IMG/VR virus record: IMGVR_UViG_3300028608_000008 | Coordinates: 60,246 to 124,245 of that record | Direction: 5' to 3' (one strand) | Length of the DNA stretch: 64,000 bases | From: a virus | In this document: positions 18,764 to 26,892 of the stretch, one piece after another | Position numbering within the stretch: the stretch's first letter is position 1 | Layout of the letters: each line of letters starts with the position of its first letter | Made by a program: the position numbers and the translations under genes | Notes under the pieces: generated by a model | Seen by the model: only the letters and a program-made list of their open reading frames with translations | The model's database searches: none | Told to the model about the DNA's origin: nothing

Positions 18764-19780
18764 ATGACTAACGAAAAATGCAAAATCCAAACCGCTATCG
18801 AATCCGTTCGTAAGCAAGCGCTGAGCGATTGCCGCATCGCACTGGATAACGCGGCCAGCGCCCTCGGTGAATTGGGCATTGTTTCGACTTTCAGCATGGT
18901 TGCCAATCATGAAGGCGCCCGCCTGAAAATTCTGATCGACCACATTGTTAACGGTTCGGTCGAAATCGAACCGTGCTCCGAAGGCATCGCACCAAACGCT
19001 CGCGCCCTTCGCGCCAAACTGTTTGACGCTTTGCTGGACTACCCGATTGGGATGTTGGCAGCACTCGCCACCGATCAAGCGGTTCCGTTCAACGAGAAAA
19101 AAGTTGAGCGTTTCCTCAACAGCGACACTCCGAAAAAGGAGAAAAAGTTTGCTCGTAAGCTGGTCAGCAAATTGCTCGACCAAGTTCCGGCCGTGAAGTT
19201 GCAAGCGTGGTTGGAGTACAACGGCGAAGAAGTCGAGTCCTTCGAAGACGACGATGAACCGAACGTCGAAGACGACCTGTTCGAAGAACTCATGGAATTC
19301 CCGCTGTTCTATTTGAATCTGTTTGCCGAAGAAACTTCGGAGGCTATGAACATTCCGGTGCTCGCCAAACTGGTGAAGGCCAGCGACGCAATCGGCGACG
19401 AAGACTATGAGCGCCTGCAAGAACACAAACAAAAACTGGCGCGTTGTTTGGCGGCTGAGCTTCCGATTCCGGTGTTGGATGTTTGGATCACTGAAAACGA
19501 CCACCTCAAAGAAGGCGGTGATTTCGTAAATGCCGATGACGAAAACCACTCTGCCCCGAAAGCGCAAACGCCCGCCGACGTTTTGGTTTCGAACCTGAAA
19601 GCCACGCAACTGAATACGCTCTGCGCGCACTTCAACGTGGTTCCAAAAACCAAGCGTGTCGCACTCGGCGCACCGGCCCCGACCAAAAAGGAAATGGCCG
19701 ACGCCATTCTCGCGAAGCACAAACCGAAAAAGGTTGAAGCTGCGTTGGTTCAATTGAGCCTGCCGCAATTCAAACTGTAA
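18764..19780 (+). CDS. Hypothetical protein with internal helical repeats
   Basis: 338 aa, AAGGA RBS, first gene after cassette 2. Confidence 0.8.
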   Translation: MTNEKCKIQTAIESVRKQALSDCRIALDNAASALGELGIVSTFSMVANHEGARLKILIDHIVNGSVEIEPCSEGIAPNARALRAKLFDALLDYPIGMLAALATDQAVPFNEKKVERFLNSDTPKKEKKFARKLVSKLLDQVPAVKLQAWLEYNGEEVESFEDDDEPNVEDDLFEELMEFPLFYLNLFAEETSEAMNIPVLAKLVKASDAIGDEDYERLQEHKQKLARCLAAELPIPVLDVWITENDHLKEGGDFVNADDENHSAPKAQTPADVLVSNLKATQLNTLCAHFNVVPKTKRVALGAPAPTKKEMADAILAKHKPKKVEAALVQLSLPQFKL

Positions 19781-19842
19781 ACAACTACCGCGCCTCTTAA
19801 CCGGGGCGCACCGCTACAAACAATTTCATTAGGAGAAGCACC

Positions 19843-21285
19843 ATGCAACAATTCCAAACTGGCCGTCGCGTTTCCGTCCTCGTTTCTGCAAACAGCGCCC
19901 TCGGTACTGCGCTCGGTGACGAACTGCCAAAAGACGGCGTGCTCTACAAATACGCCGCAGTTGTCGGCAGCCGTGCGCAACTGAATCCGAATTTCGGTGA
20001 CGGTGCCGACGCTCCGGGTGGCGAAAACGAATACATGATCGCGACCCTAAACAACAATGACGAAGCCGTCATGTTTGTTGCATACTTCGACGCTGCGCAA
20101 CTGGTTCCGGACGCCGACGAATCGCTGGTCGAAAACCTGCGTGAAGACCTCGAAGAAGCGGGCGAATTCGAACAGGACGAAGACGAATCCGGCATTCTGT
20201 ATTCCGTTCTGCGCGACGATCTGGAAAAAGGCACTTTCGAGCCGGATGGTTACGACGGTGAAATCCAGTTGGTGCGCCTCAAGGTGGACGGCGAAGTTGT
20301 AAACATTTTGCCAGCCGAATCGCTGTCGGTAGTTGCGCAAAACCTGAATGCCATTCGCCGGTTCACTGGCACCGATTCGCCGGTACTGACCGCAATCGCT
20401 GGCGTGTACACGCCGCACCCGGACGAAAACGCCGACGAAAATGTTCGCGCTGTTTACGTCCCCGAGTTTCTGTCGCTCGACAAGTTTTTCAACCGCGACG
20501 AAATCGTGCAACTCGGTCGCGCCGTAATCGACTACGGCAACTACGAACAACTGAAAATGAACAACGCGTTTGTCGAAGCGTGCGAAAACATTCCGGCACT
20601 GCCTGCGCCGAAAATGATTCCGACCATTTTCGAATCGCAAGGCGTAATCATCGAATCGCTGCGCGACTCCATTTTCGAACTCGCAGATTTGGGCCGTCTG
20701 ACTGTCGGTTCTGATATCGTTCTGGAACTGGAAGTTTACGTCGGCCCGGCCAGCGACTGGGACAACCACGGCTTCGACCCTAGCTTCGAACTGGAAGACG
20801 AAGACGACGAAGACGATCTGGATGACGAAGACGATTCGGAAGACGATTCGGAAGGCGAACTGGCTCCGGATTCCGAACAGCCGAAACCGGGCACCATGAC
20901 CGAAGAAATCGCAAACAATTTGCAGACCGCGTTTTCGTCGTTTGCTGATTCGCTGCCTGAATCGCTGGGCGCCCCGGTCGAAATCGTTTCGACCAACACC
21001 GTGTTCAGTTCCGATCTTGCGTTGGTGACTATCGCCGTTGCCACCAAAGAAGACGCGGCCGAGGTTGGGCCAATGGTCGAATCGCTGGAATCTGCAATTT
21101 CCAGCATGTTGGTAGGCGAGCCGGATTACACCGCCGCTCTGATGGAATGCGAACCGGGCAACCTGATCGCTTTCGCAAACTATTTCGGCCTCAACGCTGA
21201 TGACTCCATGACCAAAGAAGATATCGTTGAGCGCATCAACGATAACGTGGACGCTTCGGAAATCGAAGAATTCCTCGAAGGTTAA
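19843..21285 (+). CDS. Highly acidic hypothetical protein
   Basis: 480 aa, AGGAG RBS, D/E tract at ~20790-20880. Confidence 0.85.
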   Translation: MQQFQTGRRVSVLVSANSALGTALGDELPKDGVLYKYAAVVGSRAQLNPNFGDGADAPGGENEYMIATLNNNDEAVMFVAYFDAAQLVPDADESLVENLREDLEEAGEFEQDEDESGILYSVLRDDLEKGTFEPDGYDGEIQLVRLKVDGEVVNILPAESLSVVAQNLNAIRRFTGTDSPVLTAIAGVYTPHPDENADENVRAVYVPEFLSLDKFFNRDEIVQLGRAVIDYGNYEQLKMNNAFVEACENIPALPAPKMIPTIFESQGVIIESLRDSIFELADLGRLTVGSDIVLELEVYVGPASDWDNHGFDPSFELEDEDDEDDLDDEDDSEDDSEGELAPDSEQPKPGTMTEEIANNLQTAFSSFADSLPESLGAPVEIVSTNTVFSSDLALVTIAVATKEDAAEVGPMVESLESAISSMLVGEPDYTAALMECEPGNLIAFANYFGLNADDSMTKEDIVERINDNVDASEIEEFLEG

Positions 21286-21361
21286 AACCGCAACATTTCC
21301 ATTTCAGTGACACAACAGGGGCGCCTTCGGGCGCCTCTACTCAGTTCAGGGAACCGCAAAC

Positions 21362-22060
21362 ATGAAAAAGTATCTGCAACTCGCCACCACCGTCAGCAAC
21401 CAATCGTATGCAAACCTTCTGCTTTCCGAATACGCCTTGCCTCGCAATGAGCGCGGCCTTGAGGATATCGCCAATATGTTTGACGATTCCGACAAACGTT
21501 TCGGTGCGTGGATCGTTTTGATTCGCGACCAAAACAACGCGCAAATCACCACGCCAGTTTGCACCATGGTTGGCGATTACTTCAATGTGCTGCGCGCTGC
21601 ATTCTGTTTGCAGCCGGTTGCCGAAATGTTTAACCGCCATCGTCAACGGGTTCCGGGTTACGTGCAAATCACACGAATCCCATCCAGCTTCGATTTCTTG
21701 GACGTGCTCCATCGTGACGACGGCCAGTATATGTCGTTCGTGGAGTGGGCGGAAACTCGCCGCGAAAACAAAGATCGTCTCAATTCCGAATACACCGGCA
21801 TCGACTCCGACGACGCCGACCATATCAAAGGTTACGTCTACGGTCCGGAAGGTTACGAAATTCTGATTACCGAATGTGACCATACCGATATCGTCGCGCT
21901 GCGTTACGAAGATTTTTACTTCGGTGAAGAAAACCAAGACGAAGCGGAAGCTATCGGCTACCGCTGCTACTTAAACATGCTGGGTTACTACAACGACGAA
22001 TTGCTGAAAGAGCATTTCCCGCATCCGTTCCGCCAGCGCCGTTCTTCAATCACCTACTAA
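21362..22060 (+). CDS. Hypothetical protein
   Basis: 232-aa ORF. Confidence 0.75.
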   Translation: MKKYLQLATTVSNQSYANLLLSEYALPRNERGLEDIANMFDDSDKRFGAWIVLIRDQNNAQITTPVCTMVGDYFNVLRAAFCLQPVAEMFNRHRQRVPGYVQITRIPSSFDFLDVLHRDDGQYMSFVEWAETRRENKDRLNSEYTGIDSDDADHIKGYVYGPEGYEILITECDHTDIVALRYEDFYFGEENQDEAEAIGYRCYLNMLGYYNDELLKEHFPHPFRQRRSSITY

Positions 22061-22085
22061 TCGAATCGAGCCGCTGGAGTTTGCG

Positions 22086-22517
22086 ATGGAAAAGATTGTT
22101 AGTGTTATCGCCAGCGGCCGGTTTTCTGCAACGGTGGAGGCGCGCACGTTGCGCCTCTTTCCGCGTGTGCTCAAAGAGATTACCGGCGTTAGCGGATATG
22201 ACAGCCTCAAACAATTCTGGAAGGCTGACCCCAACGTCGTGACTGCAATCAATTTCGATTGGAAAGAAATCGAAAGGTTGGCCGAGGCGCTGTACGAAAT
22301 GCGCGCCTATCGCTTAGCGGAACGAGCAGAACGGTTCCGCACTCTTTTTCGAAACAAGCCAAGCCGTCAACTCACCGAAGTGGACAACGCGCTTGTTTAT
22401 CAATTCGCCGACAAACTGTTGCAGACGATTGAACGTGAAGCAAAGTTTGGCCGGTTTGTTCGACACACGCATTTTGTTTTACGATTCGTTATGATGAAGC
22501 CAGTCCTTTCAAAATAG
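22086..22517 (+). CDS. Hypothetical protein
   Basis: GGAG RBS. Confidence 0.7.
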   Translation: MEKIVSVIASGRFSATVEARTLRLFPRVLKEITGVSGYDSLKQFWKADPNVVTAINFDWKEIERLAEALYEMRAYRLAERAERFRTLFRNKPSRQLTEVDNALVYQFADKLLQTIEREAKFGRFVRHTHFVLRFVMMKPVLSK

Positions 22518-22531
22518 TTTGGGGGTGTCGC

Positions 22532-22696
22532 ATGGAACGCAATGGCAGTGAATTCAAATCGCGTGATGACTACGACGAAATCGTAGTTCAGGAATATCCC
22601 GGTGCAACGCATACCGCTGTGACCGCGCTGCGTATGTACAAGCAAGTTGAACTGATGGCGGATCACGACCTTTGTGATTACGTCGAAATGGCGTGA
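22532..22696 (+). CDS. Small hypothetical protein (54 aa, not in ORF track)
   Basis: MERNGSEFKSRDDY...VEMA read by eye; fills gap. Confidence 0.55.
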   Translation: MERNGSEFKSRDDYDEIVVQEYPGATHTAVTALRMYKQVELMADHDLCDYVEMA

Positions 22697-22702
22697 GGCT
22701 TT

Positions 22703-23119
22703 ATGAATAACGACACTCTCTTTGCAAAAAGCAAAAAGGACTTGGACGGCGCGCTGCGCTTGATTGAAGGTAAGAACGCCGAAACAATCGACGCAATCAG
22801 TTTGGAAAACGCGGCAACGCTGGCACTGGTCGCCGTTCGCAACATGCTGCGTCTGGCTGGACGTATCGACGTTCCAAGGCCGCAAACTATTTTGGTGAAA
22901 CCGGCCAAGCGCAAAAAGCCGGTAGCACCACCTCCCGTAAAATCGCTGGCGGATTCCGCACGTCGCGGTAAGTCGCCCGCTGTAAACCGTGACGTTGTGT
23001 TTAACGTTTCGATGGACCTTGAGGAAGGGAACGATATGCTGAATTCCGGCATGCCTTCCGATAGGCCGAAAGTTCCAACCCGCAAGAAAAGAAAACTACC
23101 CAAGGTAAAGAAAAAGTGA
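22703..23119 (+). CDS. Hypothetical basic protein
   Basis: GAGG RBS; Lys/Arg-rich tail. Confidence 0.7.
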   Translation: MNNDTLFAKSKKDLDGALRLIEGKNAETIDAISLENAATLALVAVRNMLRLAGRIDVPRPQTILVKPAKRKKPVAPPPVKSLADSARRGKSPAVNRDVVFNVSMDLEEGNDMLNSGMPSDRPKVPTRKKRKLPKVKKK

Positions 23120-23349
23120 GACTCAGTTCGTTTCTGTTTTACGTGCTACCCTTGCTGTTGATTCCTGCTGTCGTCGCCTTCGCAATGTACCAGCGCGGCG
23201 GTATGGAATTGTTGCTGATCGACTGGCCTCACAAACTAATGGTTCTGGCTCTCTTGATGTTTGGCGCGTTTCTTTGCTGGCGCCTAGACTGCTGGATCAC
23301 CCAACCCAAACAAAAACGCGGCGGCATTCGTCGCAGTACCGGAGACTGA
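23116..23349 (+). CDS. Small membrane protein
   Basis: Two TM-like segments; GTG start overlaps upstream stop. Confidence 0.65.
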   Translation: MRLSSFLFYVLPLLLIPAVVAFAMYQRGGMELLLIDWPHKLMVLALLMFGAFLCWRLDCWITQPKQKRGGIRRSTGD

Positions 23350-23352
23350 ATC

Positions 23353-23823
23353 ATGGCAAAACAAAAACCGATTCTCGGCTATTGGATTTACGCGTTGCAG
23401 CGCAAGCCAGTTTTCGTTATCGACGCAATGCAGTTGTCCGTGCTGGACTACCACTTCTCGAAAACCGAAGTGGTTGAAGCGCAAATGCTCGTAAACGTTT
23501 GCAAGGAAGAACGGCGCAGCCTGTCGTTTGAACCAAACGCGGTTTCGGTCGAAGTTGTTTTCGATCCTCGCCGCGCACCTTCCATTGCATTGATCCGCAG
23601 TCCGGAAGATCGCGAAAGCCGAAGCTGGATGAACTTCGATGCGAAAGCAGGCTATGACAATTTCGTGGCCGAAGGTTCGACCGAACCGCTTGCAATTGCT
23701 TTCGACTATTGCTTTACCGAAGGGCAGGCGCGTTTGCATCTGACTCCAAACAGTCCAATATTTCCCGTGCGCAAAAATGCAGTAGGCGGTCGCCTCGGTA
23801 AGCACGAAGAAGAAAGCGAGTGA
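23353..23823 (+). CDS. Hypothetical protein (paralog of 23846)
   Basis: GGAG RBS; GYW...FVIDAMQL. Confidence 0.75.
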   Translation: MAKQKPILGYWIYALQRKPVFVIDAMQLSVLDYHFSKTEVVEAQMLVNVCKEERRSLSFEPNAVSVEVVFDPRRAPSIALIRSPEDRESRSWMNFDAKAGYDNFVAEGSTEPLAIAFDYCFTEGQARLHLTPNSPIFPVRKNAVGGRLGKHEEESE

Positions 23824-23845
23824 TTGATTCACTCTGGAGGTAAAC

Positions 23846-24289
23846 ATGAAACGGGGCCTGTACGGTTTTTGGTTCCACTACGCGGACGGTTCGACATTCA
23901 TCATCGACGCCACGCAATTGCATCAATTGAAAATTCAACACAAGGACCGCGAACTCACAGCGGCAGAACTCACTAGCATGATGGCCGCAGCGACTGTTGA
24001 ATACGACGCGGTTTATTTTGCTGACGTGGGCGTCACTGTTGAGCCAGCCGTCACCGTTCGCAGCGCCCCGCGATTCGTTGTCCTCAAACCGTTGGTTGGT
24101 GACGGTGAAAAGTTTGCGCGTGTGTTTGAACCAACCACCGGCCACCAGATTTGCTACGCGCAAGACGGCACGCTGGTTTACGAAATCGTCGGGTTTGCAG
24201 ACAACTCACTCGACCTCAACGAGTTTTTGTACCACGACGCAAACAAAGGTTTCCCGCGTTCGACATTGAAGAAAGCAGCAAGGATATAA
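23846..24289 (+). CDS. Hypothetical protein (paralog of 23353)
   Basis: GGAGG RBS; GFW...FIIDATQL. Confidence 0.75.
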   Translation: MKRGLYGFWFHYADGSTFIIDATQLHQLKIQHKDRELTAAELTSMMAAATVEYDAVYFADVGVTVEPAVTVRSAPRFVVLKPLVGDGEKFARVFEPTTGHQICYAQDGTLVYEIVGFADNSLDLNEFLYHDANKGFPRSTLKKAARI

Positions 24290-24300
24290 GGAGATTCGCT

Positions 24301-24540
24301 GTGAACTGGATCATTTTGGTTTTGAGCATCATCGGCATTGCGTTCCATTGCCTGATGAAGTGGCAGGTCGCCCGCATAAACAAACGGGACCGGGCTGTAC
24401 ATGAAAGCAACCCGGTTTTTGTGCAGGCTGGTTTCCAGTACGAAAACATTCGGTTGCCGTGGCCGTTCTACATTCTGCTGGCGCTGTCCGTCTACAAACT
24501 AATTGAATCCATCGCAATTCTCTCTGGAGCGTGTCACTGA
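24301..24540 (+). CDS. Small membrane protein
   Basis: AAGGAG RBS, GTG start, two hydrophobic segments. Confidence 0.65.
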   Translation: MNWIILVLSIIGIAFHCLMKWQVARINKRDRAVHESNPVFVQAGFQYENIRLPWPFYILLALSVYKLIESIAILSGACH

Positions 24541-24755
24541 TGATTCATCCCGAAAAAGGTTTGCACTCAAACCACCCCGGCCACACAAATTCCGATTGTC
24601 CGCTGCGTCTGCAAATCAATGCCGCACCGTATGGCACCAGCCGCAACGGGTACGCCTGTTCTTGGACCGGTGGACACTGCGTTAAATCCGACGATTGTGG
24701 GTCGCTGGTATCCGCACATGAACAGGAGCAATACAATGCGCCAAACATTTACTGA
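24540..24755 (+). CDS. Small Cys/His-rich hypothetical protein
   Basis: Start overlaps upstream stop. Confidence 0.55.
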   Translation: MIHPEKGLHSNHPGHTNSDCPLRLQINAAPYGTSRNGYACSWTGGHCVKSDDCGSLVSAHEQEQYNAPNIY

Positions 24756-25179
24756 CCGACGCTTCACCGAAATTTCCCCGCAGCATTTCGCGTGGTGCAT
24801 TCAGATTCAGTTGCACGGCATTCGCCCCGACGCAAACTATCCGGGCGTGAATTTTCTCGGGTCTGAAATCCCTCTCGAAATGTTTGCGTTTTCCGAGGCG
24901 GAAATGAAACGCGCCGTAATGCTGGCGACTCCGAAAGCGCTCGGCCTTGCCGTCTCCCAACTGACGCACCAAATCAGCGGCGACAAACACGACGGCGTTG
25001 TCGAAGTCGTGCTGTTGTTCCGAGACGCCCTAACAGAAATGTTTGCAGAGGATGGCCGGGACTGGCAGACGGAATCCCTCGGGACGTTTGCCCAGCGCGT
25101 GCTAAACAAGGCCGACGCAATCCACAGCGTGCGCCAGTGCTTCGCGGACGCCACCAGCCGCACGTCCTACGGTTCCTGA
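24736..25179 (+). CDS. Hypothetical protein
   Basis: AGGAG RBS before ATG 24736. Confidence 0.7.
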   Translation: MRQTFTDRRFTEISPQHFAWCIQIQLHGIRPDANYPGVNFLGSEIPLEMFAFSEAEMKRAVMLATPKALGLAVSQLTHQISGDKHDGVVEVVLLFRDALTEMFAEDGRDWQTESLGTFAQRVLNKADAIHSVRQCFADATSRTSYGS

Positions 25180-25188
25180 TCGTTCCGG

Positions 25189-25305
25189 AAACGTCCATTA
25201 AGCCGTAAGCCTAAATCGTACCGTTCTGGCGATTTCGTGGTATATTGACACTGTGTTCGGCGCAGCGTGCCTGACACCCTGACACTTACGACTTAGTGGA
25301 AGTTA
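25189..25305 (+). promoter_or_regulatory. IR-flanked promoter cassette 3
   Basis: Left aaacgtccattaagccgtaag; TGgTATATT (25241-25246); right cttacgacttagtggaagtta (17/21). Confidence 0.8.
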
Positions 25306-25323
25306 ACGGAACAAGGGGAATAC

Positions 25324-25686
25324 ATGAGCAAGCAACCGAAGCGCGGCACTGTTTACACCGTCGAACAAATCGACAATGAACTGGCGCTGCGTGATTCGCC
25401 TTTCCTCCGGTTCTGGCTTACTACGGAAGACGGCCAGCGGCATCTGATTCCAATGCAGACCAGCCACATCGCTGCAAACATTTCGACGCTCTCGCCGGAA
25501 TGGGCAGCGGCTCCGTTTGAGTTCCAGACGGAAACGGACGAATGGATTCCATTGTTCCGGTTTGCGGGAACGCCCGAACAACAAGCGGCGTTGATTGACT
25601 GGCACGAAGTGTCGGAAGAAAAACGTTTGTTCCGCAACGAACGTGAATTCACGGTGACGCCGAAAGGTCATCCGTGGGACGAATAG
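25324..25686 (+). CDS. Hypothetical protein, first gene after cassette 3
   Basis: AAGGGG RBS. Confidence 0.75.
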   Translation: MSKQPKRGTVYTVEQIDNELALRDSPFLRFWLTTEDGQRHLIPMQTSHIAANISTLSPEWAAAPFEFQTETDEWIPLFRFAGTPEQQAALIDWHEVSEEKRLFRNEREFTVTPKGHPWDE

Positions 25687-25731
25687 ATAAACCCGTCTAG
25701 CGATTCAGGGAGTCGCTAGTCTGGTTGAACT
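25685..25731 (+). repeat. Conserved intergenic stem-loop, copy 2
   Basis: agataaacccgtctagcgattcagggagtcgctagtctggttgaact. Confidence 0.75.
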
Positions 25732-25784
25732 AAACGACCAAACACACAAACATTTTTTCAGTGAACCGTAAAAAGGAATACATC

Positions 25785-26603
25785 ATGACTACTGCAACCC
25801 ACACCACCGTTGCCATGCTGACCGTTGCTGTTGCTCAACTGGCTCGCCTGAACCGCGAAGCGAAAAAGAATGGCGGTGAAGCGCTGTTCTCGCTGGGCAC
25901 CGATATGGGCAACGGCGTTACTTGGCGCGAACTGAGCGCTTGGGCAAAAGCGCAAAAGGCAAAAGCTGCCGAAGTTTCCGCCGAACCGGTGAAACCAACC
26001 GCTGGCAAAAAGGCGCCTGCCGGTGCCAAGCGTGAACCGTCGAAGCTGTCCACCATTTCGGATGCAATCAATCCGAAATCGGCTGCAAACAAATCGGAAG
26101 CCGTCGCGCTGAAAGCCAGCGAAGTTCGCGACCAAATTGTTTTGATCGGTCGCACCAAAGAAACCGTAGTTCGTATCGGCACCGAGAAATCCAGCGGCAT
26201 GCGTGTTGCGACCACTGACAAAGGCACCATCATTCCTTTCGCCAGCATCGAGCGCAACAATCGTGGCAATCTGCGCGTGAAGCCTGCCGACGAACAAATG
26301 GTTTCGAAGGCCGCGCCGAAAGCTACTCCGAAAGTCGCTGCCGCCCCGGTCAAAGAAGGCGTGCGCAATCTGGAAATCGGCACCAGCACCAACATTTCGG
26401 CGGCATCGTATGACAAAGCCCGCAAAGTGTTGACCGTTGCTTTCCACAGCGGTTCGGTTTACGAGTACAAAGGCGTGACCCTGAAAGACATTAAAGAGTT
26501 TGAAGCCGCCAAGTCGAAAGGCGCTCATATCTCCAAGGTCATCAAACCTGCCAAAGACGTTGTTTGTGTAGCCAAGGCTCCACGCAAACAAAAGGCAGCG
26601 TAA
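25785..26603 (+). CDS. Lys/Ala-rich protein with C-terminal KTSC domain
   Basis: STNISAASYDKARKVLTVAFHSGSVYEYKGV...FEAAKSKGAHISKVIK is a KTSC signature; AAGGA RBS before ATG 25785. Confidence 0.85.
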   Translation: MTTATHTTVAMLTVAVAQLARLNREAKKNGGEALFSLGTDMGNGVTWRELSAWAKAQKAKAAEVSAEPVKPTAGKKAPAGAKREPSKLSTISDAINPKSAANKSEAVALKASEVRDQIVLIGRTKETVVRIGTEKSSGMRVATTDKGTIIPFASIERNNRGNLRVKPADEQMVSKAAPKATPKVAAAPVKEGVRNLEIGTSTNISAASYDKARKVLTVAFHSGSVYEYKGVTLKDIKEFEAAKSKGAHISKVIKPAKDVVCVAKAPRKQKAA

Positions 26604-26618
26604 CAGCAACGAAAATTC

Positions 26619-26646
26619 AAGGCGATTCGAGGGAGTCGCCTTTTTT
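26619..26646 (+). terminator. Intrinsic terminator after KTSC gene
   Basis: aaggcgatt-cgaggg-agtcgcctt followed by a T run. Confidence 0.75.
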
Positions 26647-26664
26647 CGTATGAGGTGCAAACAA

Positions 26665-26892
26665 ATGGCTATCGGCTGGGCCAAAGAAGGCGACGGCGAA
26701 CTAGAGGCCGAAAACGAAATCGCCGAAGGCATCCAGAATGCACGCGACGAACTCGCAAAGTCGCAAGGTGCCGAAGAACAAACGTGGTGCATTGATTGTG
26801 GCGATTTTATTGACGAAGGGCGGCGCCTTGCCATTCCCAACGTTCAACGCTGCACACACTGCCAATCAAAACTGGAAAGGAAAACCCGATAA
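26665..26892 (+). CDS. TraR/DksA C4-type zinc finger protein (YbiI-like)
   Basis: MAIGWA...CIDCGDFIDEGRRLAIPNVQRCTHCQ closely follows the YbiI/TraR pattern; GAGG RBS. Confidence 0.9.
   Translation: MAIGWAKEGDGELEAENEIAEGIQNARDELAKSQGAEEQTWCIDCGDFIDEGRRLAIPNVQRCTHCQSKLERKTR

Noticed and set aside
20790-20880. GAAGACGA-type tandem repeat as a separate DNA repeat
   Set aside because: Explained by an in-frame Asp/Glu-coding tract.
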